Made by a program: the position numbers and the translations under genes. The notes under the pieces were generated by a model that saw only the letters and a list, made by a program, of their open reading frames with translations, did no database searches and was not told where the DNA came from. Below are positions 17,685 through 26,676 of a stretch of 64,000 nt of DNA, in pieces; the stretch's first letter is position 1, and each line of letters begins with the position of its first letter. The DNA comes from an uncultured Chlamydiales bacterium (GTDB lineage Bacteria > Chlamydiota > Chlamydiia > Chlamydiales > Rhabdochlamydiaceae), in contig OY969554.1 of the NCBI GenBank assembly GCA_963700985.1, forward strand, positions 992,001 to 1,056,000, given 5' to 3'.

Positions 17685-20600
17685 ATGCTTACATTTCAAC
17701 AACTTATCGCACGGCTGAACGAGTTTTGGGAAAAGAAGGGCTGCGCCATCCACCAAGGTCATGACCTTGAAGTGGGTGCCGGAACCTTCAACCCCGTGAC
17801 ATTTTTACGTTGCCTCGGCCCAGAACCTTATAGCACAGCTTATGTTGAGCCTTCGCGCCGTCCGCAAGATGCGCGCTATGGAGAAAACCCAAACCGCGTG
17901 CAGCTCTTTCACCAGTATCAAGTGGTGTTAAAACCATCGCCTCCAGAGGTGCAGCGCTGGTATCTCGAATCTCTGGAAGCAATTGGTCTGGATCTCAAAA
18001 AGCATGATATTCGCTTTGTGCATAGCGATTGGGAATCGCCTACTTTGGGCGCTTGGGGTCTCGGTTGGGAAGTCTGGTGTGACGGGATGGAAATCTCGCA
18101 ATTCACCTATTTTCAAGCTATCGCGAGCCTGCCACTCAACCCTGTTTCAGCCGAGATCACTTACGGACTGGAAAGGCTAGCGATGTATGTGCAAAATGTC
18201 AGCAGCATCTTCGACTTGAAATGGAACGACACATTGACTTTCCGCGATATTTCGCACCAAAACGAGATCGAGTGGAGCACGTATAATTTCACTGAAGCTA
18301 CCACTGAGATGTGGCTGACCCATTTCAACGATTACGAGCGCGAAGCCAAAATGCTCATCGCGCGCAACCTTCCGATCCCTGCTTACGACTTTGTTATCAA
18401 AGCATCCCATGCCTTTAACATCCTCGATGCGCGCGGTGTGATCTCCTCCACCGAACGCAACGGCTATATCGGCCGCATCCGCGATCTTTCTCGTCTTGTG
18501 GGCTTAGAATATATCGCATCGCGTGAAAAGCTAGGATTTCCTCTGCTTAAAAAAGCAAAAGCGGCTCGTCCAAAAACTGCTATCCTACCCAAAGCTCCGA
18601 AAGCCTTTAATCCGCAAAAGCGCCAAGATTTTCTGCTTGAAATCGGCTCTGAAGAGCTTCCCGACAGCTTTGTGCCAATCGGTTGCAAAAACCTTGAAAA
18701 AGGAATCGAACGCCTACTCACCGATCATGCGCTCTCATTCGAAACACTTAAAGTGTTTGGCACACCTAGACGCTTAGCAATTCTAGTTAAAGGTCTGGTG
18801 GAGGGCACTGAAGATAAGAAGATCGAAAAACGCGGCCCACCTATTTCAACTGCATTTGATGCACAGGGTAAACTCACAGCTCAAGGCGAAGGTTTTTTTA
18901 AAGCAGCGCAGCTACCTGCTTGCACGCTTGCCGATATCCAAAAAGGCAAAATTAAGAATCTTGAATTGCGCCAGATCAAAGAACATGATTATCTTTTCGC
19001 ATCTATCGCTGAAAAGGGTCAATCTACCATGCAAATTTTAGCAGATGAACTACCCAAGTTAATCAGCGCGCTCGATTTTCCGAAAAAGATGCGCTGGGGA
19101 AGTTTGGATTTTAGCTATGCACGCCCATTGCTCTGGATAGTAGCGCTTTTTGGCAAGCACGTTATCCCCTTCCAAGTGGCAAAGATCCTCACAAACCGCT
19201 TCAGCTTTGGCCATGCGCAGCTAAAACCGCAAAAGCTAACCTTGAAAGAACCTAAAGCATACGTCTCTACTCTGAAAAAAGCCTATGTAATGGCAGATAT
19301 TGATGAGCGCAGAGAGAGTATCCTCAAACAGCTAAAAGCCATTGAGAAAAAGGTCAAAGGTGAAGCGCTGATGCAAAGCCGCGTGCTCTCCGAAGTGCTA
19401 CATCTCACCGAGTGGCCACGCCTGACTTCAGCAACTTTCTCCCCTAATTTCTTGCGCGCCCCGCAAGAGGTGCTAATTTTAGAGATGGTGCACCATCAGA
19501 AATACTTCCCACTCGCTGATCTCAAAGGAAAGCTAAAGAATCAGTTTGTGATCACAGCCGACACTACACCTACGGAGCTCATCCGCAAAGGGAATCAGAA
19601 AGTTTTATCCGCACGTCTTACTGATGGGGTTTTCCTCTACGAGCAAGATCTCCAGCAACCGCTTGAAAAATTCAATGAGAAGCTCAAATTAATGACCTTC
19701 CAAAAAGAGTTAGGCTCAATGCTGGATAAGGTCATGCGTCTTACAAAGCACGTCGTAACACTTAACCGCGCACTTTCGATTGCTGACGAAAAAAAGGTGC
19801 TGCGCGCAGCTTTTTTGAGCAAAGCTGATCTCTCCTCTGCTCTCGTTGGAGAATTCCCAGAACTGCAAGGCACTGCCGGACGCTATTATGCACTCGCGCA
19901 GAAAGAAGAGCGCGAGGTAGCTGAAGCCATCGCCGAACAGTGGATGCCACGCTCTGAAGATACTCCTCTTCCAAGCTCACCTAGCGGAATCATTTTAAGT
20001 TTGGCAGACAAGTTTGACAATCTTCTCGGTTATTTTAGTGTCGGCTTAAAGCCCACCTCTTCAAGCGATCCTTTTGCACTCAGACGCCAGACGTTTGCAC
20101 TAATCAAGATCATGATCGAAGAAGAGAAGAGCGTAAACTTGGAAAAACTTTTAGAAGCATGCGCACTTGAATTTGCACCGCTGAAAAATGATCCCAAGAT
20201 GCGTTTAAAAGTGATCGAAGAGATTTTACATTTCATCACTAGTCGCGCTAAAACCGTGTTTGAAGATTATGATTTTAATAAAGATGAGATTGAAGCTGCT
20301 CTGCGCGGTATTTGCCTCGATCCATTCGATCAATTCCGAAAAATCAAAGCACTCCATGCTTTCCGCAAAAATGCCGTTTTCCCCAAGCTTTTAGAAGTAT
20401 ATAAGCGCGCTAAGGGTCAATTAGAAAAGCCTGCGGAAGCTGTGTTTGAACCAGAGCTACTGCGCGAACCCGCTGAGAAAGCACTCTGGAGTCATGTGCA
20501 GAATATTCACCACAATTTAGAATATTCGATAAAAGAGAGAAATTACATCGGCGCCTTCGAGCATCTGGCTACATTGCAGCCCTACATTGCACGCTTGTTT

Positions 20601-20726
20601 GACACCGTAAAGATTATGGCGGACAACTTAGAGCTGCGCAATAATCGTGTTGCTCTGCTGCAAAAAGTCTTTGCTTATTTTGAAAACTTGCTCGACTTCA
20701 GCAAGATTCAAGAGATGAAAACTTGA
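17685..20726 (+). CDS. glyQS: Fused glycine--tRNA ligase alpha/beta (start refined to MLTFQ)
   Basis: Alpha motifs [15 protein letters not shown] and EITYGLERL followed in frame by beta motifs EIGSEELP and EFPELQG. Confidence 0.96.
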   Translation: MLTFQQLIARLNEFWEKKGCAIHQGHDLEVGAGTFNPVTFLRCLGPEPYSTAYVEPSRRPQDARYGENPNRVQLFHQYQVVLKPSPPEVQRWYLESLEAIGLDLKKHDIRFVHSDWESPTLGAWGLGWEVWCDGMEISQFTYFQAIASLPLNPVSAEITYGLERLAMYVQNVSSIFDLKWNDTLTFRDISHQNEIEWSTYNFTEATTEMWLTHFNDYEREAKMLIARNLPIPAYDFVIKASHAFNILDARGVISSTERNGYIGRIRDLSRLVGLEYIASREKLGFPLLKKAKAARPKTAILPKAPKAFNPQKRQDFLLEIGSEELPDSFVPIGCKNLEKGIERLLTDHALSFETLKVFGTPRRLAILVKGLVEGTEDKKIEKRGPPISTAFDAQGKLTAQGEGFFKAAQLPACTLADIQKGKIKNLELRQIKEHDYLFASIAEKGQSTMQILADELPKLISALDFPKKMRWGSLDFSYARPLLWIVALFGKHVIPFQVAKILTNRFSFGHAQLKPQKLTLKEPKAYVSTLKKAYVMADIDERRESILKQLKAIEKKVKGEALMQSRVLSEVLHLTEWPRLTSATFSPNFLRAPQEVLILEMVHHQKYFPLADLKGKLKNQFVITADTTPTELIRKGNQKVLSARLTDGVFLYEQDLQQPLEKFNEKLKLMTFQKELGSMLDKVMRLTKHVVTLNRALSIADEKKVLRAAFLSKADLSSALVGEFPELQGTAGRYYALAQKEEREVAEAIAEQWMPRSEDTPLPSSPSGIILSLADKFDNLLGYFSVGLKPTSSSDPFALRRQTFALIKIMIEEEKSVNLEKLLEACALEFAPLKNDPKMRLKVIEEILHFITSRAKTVFEDYDFNKDEIEAALRGICLDPFDQFRKIKALHAFRKNAVFPKLLEVYKRAKGQLEKPAEAVFEPELLREPAEKALWSHVQNIHHNLEYSIKERNYIGAFEHLATLQPYIARLFDTVKIMADNLELRNNRVALLQKVFAYFENLLDFSKIQEMKT

Positions 20727-20747
20727 AAGGCTTGAAAAGGTAAATTC

Positions 20748-21749
20748 ATGGGTCACATTCCCGTAATCGATCTCCACTGCGATCTTCTCAGCTTTTTACA
20801 AATGAAAGGCGAAAGAACGCCCTTCGATCCCCTCTCGCGCGCTTCTTTCTCACAGATGAAAGAAGGTGGTGTGCGCCTGCAGACACTAGCTATTTTTACT
20901 TACACCGAAGTTGGTTCAACCAAATCTGGGCAAGAGCAGGTAGAGATCTTCTCGCAACTTCCGCACCGCTATGATGAACACTACGCTTTTTTCACCGGGC
21001 CAGAATGTTTTGCGCAGCCAAACGATAAAGTTTATGTGACGCCGGCTTTTGAAAATGCCTCCGGCTTCTGCGAAGAAGATGAACCTTTGGAAAGAGGGCT
21101 TTCACGTCTGCAGCATCTTTATAAAAAGCTGAAACGCATTCTTTACATCAGCATGACCTGGAATAGCGAAAACCGTTTCGGTGGCGGCAACGCCTCTAAT
21201 GTGGGCTTAAAAGAAGATGGCAAGCAGCTACTGCGTTGGATGGATGGCAAAAAAATCGCCATCGATTTCAGCCACACCTCGGATGCGCTTGCTTTCGATA
21301 TTTTAACATTCATCGACCAGAATAAACTTAAGATACCAGTAATCGCTAGCCACTCTAACTTCCGTGCGATCACTGACGTGACGCGTAATTTACCAGACGA
21401 GCTCGCCCAAGAGATCATCCGCCGCCGCGGCATCATCGGCTTTAATCTCTTCAGCCCCTTTATTGGCACACAGGATCCGCACAATCTGCTCAAACATATC
21501 GAACATGGCTTGAAACTAAACGGCGAAAACGCCCTCTGCTTCGGCGCAGACTTCTTTAATGATGAGGATTTCCCTGATCTCAAAACTAAATATAAGGGCA
21601 AACTTTCCTTCTTTGAAGAGTATGGCAACGCTTCCTCTTATCCACGCATGCTTCAGCTCTTCGAGCACAAGCTCGGCCTCTCCACCCCCCTCGTGCACGC
21701 CCTCGCCTCACAAAACTCACTCAACTTCCTCAAAAACACCTGGAGTTGA
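20748..21749 (+). CDS. Membrane dipeptidase family (M19)
   Basis: IDLHCD, IDFSH, ASHSN, RNLPD and FGADF motifs. Confidence 0.9.
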   Translation: MGHIPVIDLHCDLLSFLQMKGERTPFDPLSRASFSQMKEGGVRLQTLAIFTYTEVGSTKSGQEQVEIFSQLPHRYDEHYAFFTGPECFAQPNDKVYVTPAFENASGFCEEDEPLERGLSRLQHLYKKLKRILYISMTWNSENRFGGGNASNVGLKEDGKQLLRWMDGKKIAIDFSHTSDALAFDILTFIDQNKLKIPVIASHSNFRAITDVTRNLPDELAQEIIRRRGIIGFNLFSPFIGTQDPHNLLKHIEHGLKLNGENALCFGADFFNDEDFPDLKTKYKGKLSFFEEYGNASSYPRMLQLFEHKLGLSTPLVHALASQNSLNFLKNTWS

Positions 21750-21873
21750 ACTGAGTAAAGCGAGTTTCGAAAAGTCTATTTTTGACTCCGCATATGATAG
21801 AAATGTCTGCACTTTCTTGTTTCTGCATGCATTATTATCGTTAAAACCTGTCGCCTAAAAACCGATATGAGAA

Positions 21874-23076
21874 TCACTTTTGCCAGAGCTGTTGAAATTG
21901 GTAGAGCCTTTCATAGACAAATCCTAAGTTAGCGGTGTTAGGATTAAATGGAGCTCCTTTTTGGATCAAAAGCTTTGCATTTTCATACTGCCCATGATTG
22001 ATAGCAGCTTGTAAGGGCGTCTGCCCACTACGATCGCGGTAATTCACATCAGCGCCATGTTCGATCAGCAATTTAGCAACTTCTTTATGCCCTTTAGTTA
22101 AGGCCAGTTGTAACGGGCGATGACCATTGCGAGCGTCATCATTAACCAAGGCTCCAGCTTCCAATGCTTTTTTGACCTGTTCAATGAGCTGTTTTCCTTT
22201 GCCGTCTGCAATCAAAGCGGCAAGAGAAACTGGCACGGGCTTTAGATACTCTAAGCCATCCACATAACCTAGAAAGAGAGTCTCATTCCATAAATCGAGC
22301 GCTGCTTGATCTTCAAAAGAAATAAAACGGCGCACATCATCTCTTAAAGCCTTCCAATCTCTTGATTCAACGACCTTAGCCAACTCTTGCTGTAGCCACG
22401 AAAGTGTTACTTCTTGTGGTGATTTCTTAAGACAGCTAGCTAATAGAGGTAGATTGATTGGCCACTGTTGAAAAATATACCAGGTAAAATCGTACCAATG
22501 TCGTCCCTTCTCTTTTTTCAGATCGAATAGAGCCGCAACTTTGCTTGCAAATAAACTGGATCGATCTAGCGCAGTGATAGGAAATGAATAGGGAAAGTCC
22601 ATATTTTTTGATTCAAAATGCGATCCGGAAGGAGGATGGGTATCGATCTCAAACTTAATCGACAACTTCTTATTGGGTTCAAACGAGCGTGCGTGAGTTA
22701 AGATTAACACTTTTCCAATTGAGTCATTTTTTAGAAAAGCTCGTTTCCTTTTGGCATCAGCCTTTGTTCGATCCTCAATAATCATATCGAAAGCATAAGC
22801 CTTGAATTCTTCTTGGACGACCCGAAGATATGACTCCCATGCAAAATCAGGATGGGGCTGAAGCGTCCAAAAATCCAGATCTTCTGAAAAGCGCGTGAGA
22901 CCGTAGGCCATTCGCAGACAAGAACCACCAATAAATGAAGCGTGCTTGAAAAAATCTGTTCGAGCTAAACCACAAAGAGCTATTGCCTGAGCGATTTCGC
23001 GGAGCGCATTTTCCTCTTCTTGTTTCGTCCGAGGTTTATATTGCTTTAACTTATCTTCAATGATTTTTATATCCAT
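21874..23076 (-). CDS. AbiEii/AbiGii-type nucleotidyltransferase toxin fused to C-terminal ankyrin repeats
   Basis: FIGGSCLRMAYGLTRFSEDLDF; ankyrin units GHRPLQLALTKGHKEVAKLLIEHGADVN and GQTPLQAAINHGQYENAKLLIQKGA. Confidence 0.88.
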   Translation of the reverse strand: MDIKIIEDKLKQYKPRTKQEEENALREIAQAIALCGLARTDFFKHASFIGGSCLRMAYGLTRFSEDLDFWTLQPHPDFAWESYLRVVQEEFKAYAFDMIIEDRTKADAKRKRAFLKNDSIGKVLILTHARSFEPNKKLSIKFEIDTHPPSGSHFESKNMDFPYSFPITALDRSSLFASKVAALFDLKKEKGRHWYDFTWYIFQQWPINLPLLASCLKKSPQEVTLSWLQQELAKVVESRDWKALRDDVRRFISFEDQAALDLWNETLFLGYVDGLEYLKPVPVSLAALIADGKGKQLIEQVKKALEAGALVNDDARNGHRPLQLALTKGHKEVAKLLIEHGADVNYRDRSGQTPLQAAINHGQYENAKLLIQKGAPFNPNTANLGFVYERLYQFQQLWQK

Positions 23077-23681
23077 TTGTTTTCCTTAAGAATCATTCGA
23101 GCAAAGCGACGTACTCGAGGGCTGTGATAATAGCGAGCAATTTCCTCAAGCATTTCTTTATTGGCTGCTTCAACTAAGGACTCATCCAATCGCAAATCTC
23201 TTATAACTTCAGCAAAAGTCTTCCATTTTTTGCGACGAGCATACATGTAGTCTGCCAAAGCTTTCCAGGGATGCGCGATAAGACAAACACCATCTTTGGT
23301 TTCTTTGCGCTCGACAGCCATATAAAATTGATCTCCAGGAGTGTGTTCATAACTGAACATGCCGATTGAAGTTCGAACAGAAAGACTCTTTTTAGCGCTG
23401 GCACTCGTTGTCGTGTATACAGCTTCAGGAATCCATCCGTGATAAGATAGAGCAGACTCAAAGCTGATATAAGAAGGACCGTAAAGGTGTTGAGCAATTT
23501 CAAAGGTGTCGATTAGAGAAGAATTGTTTTTTTCGATTAGATATAGACCTCTTCTCAAACGAGTAAGGCGCCCATCCCCCAAGGCACGTTTTACCCAGGA
23601 ATAGCGACGGTCTTCACTACCCCCAAGCATAATTGCCAGGGCTGTATCGTGAATGTAAGGCTTGGCACATTCTAAGATCAT
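23067..23681 (-). CDS. AbiEi-type type IV TA antitoxin / transcriptional regulator
   Basis: RLRRGLY, PSYISFESALSYHGWIPE and KALADY motifs; overlaps the toxin start by 10 nt. Confidence 0.85.
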   Translation of the reverse strand: MILECAKPYIHDTALAIMLGGSEDRRYSWVKRALGDGRLTRLRRGLYLIEKNNSSLIDTFEIAQHLYGPSYISFESALSYHGWIPEAVYTTTSASAKKSLSVRTSIGMFSYEHTPGDQFYMAVERKETKDGVCLIAHPWKALADYMYARRKKWKTFAEVIRDLRLDESLVEAANKEMLEEIARYYHSPRVRRFARMILKENKWI

Positions 23682-23692
23682 AATTTCTCACC

Positions 23693-23791
23693 AGAAACTG
23701 GCGTTTTGTGACAGTTTCTATCTTAAAAATAACATTTATGCCAATTTCATGCAAGAAACTGTCACAAAATGACAGTTTCTTGCATGAAATT
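23693..23791. promoter_or_regulatory. Palindromic operators and promoter of the AbiE operon
   Basis: Perfect IR aatttcatgcaagaaactgtca-caaaa-tgacagtttcttgcatgaaatt (23743-23791), a degenerate core copy at 23693-23719, and TTGCAT-17-TATTTT on the minus strand. Confidence 0.75.
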
Positions 23792-23843
23792 TAAACCAAA
23801 ACATCGCAAATTATTAATTATTAGCTGCTTAGGACTTTCAGCT

Positions 23844-24233
23844 TTAAGGTAGAAAGCGTAAGCCTTCGAAAGGGGTGATTTTTGCAGAAGAAAGATGGTG
23901 ACGGTGATGCGCAATGATGCGATAGAAGAGATCAGGCCCGATGGGCAGATAGCAGAGCACACCTAAAAACTTCCACTTGCCCCCGAGTAGCCAAAATAGG
24001 CGCATAGCGCCTCTGCCATAAACCCATACTCGCTGCTTTTCAGTTTGGTAGTTCTCGAAGAGAATCAATGTGTTTTTCTTACGTAATTCTGCATAGCGTC
24101 CAGTGAGCTGCTGCTCAGCGGTTTTGCCCGAGAGAGGTGCGAAGAGAAAAATCTCATTACGATCGATCTGCAAAAGCATTCTGACAGCTTTTTGACAGAG
24201 AGGACAAGTCTCATCAAAGAAGAGCAGGTGCAT
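23844..24233 (-). CDS. DCC1-like thiol-disulfide oxidoreductase (DUF393)
   Basis: FFDETCPLC DxxCxxC motif, FAPL, YRIIAHHRH. Confidence 0.85.
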   Translation of the reverse strand: MHLLFFDETCPLCQKAVRMLLQIDRNEIFLFAPLSGKTAEQQLTGRYAELRKKNTLILFENYQTEKQRVWVYGRGAMRLFWLLGGKWKFLGVLCYLPIGPDLFYRIIAHHRHHLSSAKITPFEGLRFLP

Positions 24234-26022
24234 CTTTCACATCTTGGATTTGCGGAGGATTTTTTCTAATCTCATCGAACTGCTTGGCTAATTCCAGCAC
24301 TTCCGATTCATCGCATTTGCCGCTGTGAATCTTAACGCGGATCTCTTCGCGCTTTTGCAGCCATCTACGCGTGAGGATTTGACGGATAGTTTCGACAATC
24401 CCTTCCTTAGCGCGTTGCAGATTGATCTTCTTCTGCATGATCTCGGATAAGAAGAGCTGATCTTGGGCATTTTCTAAGCTAGCACCCAGTGCTAGAAGAT
24501 CGCGCGGTTTATTCTCAGCAAAGCATTGCATGTAGAGTGCAAAGAGCTGCTTGCAAATAGGCACACGAAAATGCGTCTCTTCGAGATTGTTACGGATGAG
24601 CTCGACTAGTGTTGGTTGACTTTCGCCGATGAAAAAGAGCCAGCGCATTAGATCTGTCTCTAAAATACGATCGGGGTCAACTTTTTGTGGAGCTGAAACA
24701 ATTTTATCAACTTCGGCCCTTGGCGTAGGCAAAAGTTCTCTTGGAGCTTGAACCATCTCTTCAGGCACGCGCGCCATTTCAGCTAAGCGGCGCAGGCTTT
24801 CATGCACCATAATCGGATGTTCCCACTGCCGGATTTGTGCAGCAATGGTGCGCACAATCTCATTTTTCTGCGCCGGTGAATCGAGATTATGTCCACGGCC
24901 GAGATATGCAAAAAGAAACTGTAAATAGTGCACGCACTTATCGAGAAGCTTCGAAAAGGATTCTTTGCCTCTCTCTCTTAAAAAAGCATCGGGATCTGTG
25001 CCCACAGGCAGAGGCACAATCGAAACCTCTATGCCTTTTTTCTGGAAGAGATTACCGATTTTAGCAGTGGCCTTGAGACCCGCCTCATCGCCATCCATGG
25101 CCAAAAGCACATGGCTTACACCTAAATGCACGAGTTCTTTGACATGATCTTCCCCGAAGGCTGTGCCCTGGCCGGCCACTGTAAAATCAAAGCCTTCATC
25201 GATGAGGCGCAGAGCATCGATCTGTCCTTCTACGATTAGCGCTTTGCGCTCTTTGGCGATGCGCTGGCGACTATAACTTAACCCAAAAAGCACTGAAGAT
25301 TTTTTAAAAAGCGGTGTTTCGGGTGTGTTAATATATTTACCACCGAAAGTCTCCTCTTTGAACTTACGTGCCGAAAACCCAATCACCATGCCGCTGGCAT
25401 CGCAAATCGGGAAGGTGATGCGATCGCCGAAAAAATCTCTTCGACGGCCCGATTCTGCTACATGCATTAAACCAGCTTGTTCGAGCAGCAGGGCATCATT
25501 ATTGTCTTCGATCAGAACCTTTTGAATGAATTCGGCATGCGGCGGCGCAAAGCCGATGCGAAATTTCTGCACAAAGTCGAGGTCGATGCCTCTCTCGTAT
25601 AAATAACGCAATGCATGATGGCCAATGGGCGTATGTAGCAGCATGAAGTGGTAGAGTTGGCAGGCGCGCTCGAGCATATTTTTAAGCGCAGGCTTATTTG
25701 GGCCTTTACCTTCTTGAGCTTCATCGCTCTTTTCTAGAACAACTTGAAAACGCTCAGCTAAGTGCTCAATGGCTTCCACAAAGCTCATTTTGAGGTAGCC
25801 CATCAGAAAGGCGATGGCATCTCCATGCGCGCCACATCCATAACAGTGATAGTGGGTATCTCCGCGCTGAATTGTAAAAGAAGGAGTCTTCTCGTCGTGA
25901 AACGGACAGCAAGCTTTATGCGCAGAGCCGCTTCGCTGCAAACGCAGATGCGACGAAACGACCTCGACAAGATCGATCCGTGCACGCAACCCATCTAAAC
26001 TCTCTTTCTTATACAGACCCAT
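24214..26022 (-). CDS. dnaG: DNA primase
   Basis: CPFHDEKTPSF zinc finger, KYINTPET, VEGQID and DGDEAG TOPRIM motifs. Confidence 0.97.
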   Translation of the reverse strand: MGLYKKESLDGLRARIDLVEVVSSHLRLQRSGSAHKACCPFHDEKTPSFTIQRGDTHYHCYGCGAHGDAIAFLMGYLKMSFVEAIEHLAERFQVVLEKSDEAQEGKGPNKPALKNMLERACQLYHFMLLHTPIGHHALRYLYERGIDLDFVQKFRIGFAPPHAEFIQKVLIEDNNDALLLEQAGLMHVAESGRRRDFFGDRITFPICDASGMVIGFSARKFKEETFGGKYINTPETPLFKKSSVLFGLSYSRQRIAKERKALIVEGQIDALRLIDEGFDFTVAGQGTAFGEDHVKELVHLGVSHVLLAMDGDEAGLKATAKIGNLFQKKGIEVSIVPLPVGTDPDAFLRERGKESFSKLLDKCVHYLQFLFAYLGRGHNLDSPAQKNEIVRTIAAQIRQWEHPIMVHESLRRLAEMARVPEEMVQAPRELLPTPRAEVDKIVSAPQKVDPDRILETDLMRWLFFIGESQPTLVELIRNNLEETHFRVPICKQLFALYMQCFAENKPRDLLALGASLENAQDQLFLSEIMQKKINLQRAKEGIVETIRQILTRRWLQKREEIRVKIHSGKCDESEVLELAKQFDEIRKNPPQIQDVKDAPALL

Positions 26023-26154
26023 ACTTCCCTATAATAAGGCAAGGTTGGGTATATACCAAGATCACTCTACTTTCAACCACTTCAAAGATAATTTGACCAA
26101 AGTTTTGCAAGAAGCTCTTAATTAAAAATCGGAAAAAGTTTAAGTTGTTGGGTT

Positions 26155-26676
26155 ATGCACAATAATGTTGAACCCGCTTCATCCTCAACCAGCCCTCGTC
26201 CGGTTGCTCAATTTAGAGCCACCCAAGAGAATGCTCCTGCACCTCATTACACAGCGCATCTCGCATCTTCTGTCACGGAAAGCCAGATTCCTCCTCCGCC
26301 CGCACCAGAAGTTACAGATTCTCCTCTAACTAGTGTGCAAGAGCAGATCAAAAATGCCATGATCCCGCTTCTACTTGATATTTTTGCGCTTAAAGACGCA
26401 GCAATTCAAGCCTGCAATCCATCTACCCGCCTGCAAAAGCAGCCTGAACTTTCTGCGGAAGCAGTTAAAGAAAAACTCGTGGAACTCAAAAAAAATCTCC
26501 AAGCATCTATGTTATGGAATGAGACCTGTTTAAAACAGGTTTGCAAAGCGCTTGAAGAGGTCGATGAGTTTTCTAAAAGCTCTACAAAATCTTTTTCCGC
26601 AAGCGAAACACCCGTGGATCACAAAAACTGGCGTTCTTTTTCCGCCGACCTGGCTAAAAAACTCTTTAGATCATGA
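26155..26676 (+). CDS. Hypothetical protein (S/P-rich N-terminus, coiled coil)
   Basis: 173-aa ORF translationally coupled to mutS (ATGA overlap). Confidence 0.65.
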   Translation: MHNNVEPASSSTSPRPVAQFRATQENAPAPHYTAHLASSVTESQIPPPPAPEVTDSPLTSVQEQIKNAMIPLLLDIFALKDAAIQACNPSTRLQKQPELSAEAVKEKLVELKKNLQASMLWNETCLKQVCKALEEVDEFSKSSTKSFSASETPVDHKNWRSFSADLAKKLFRS

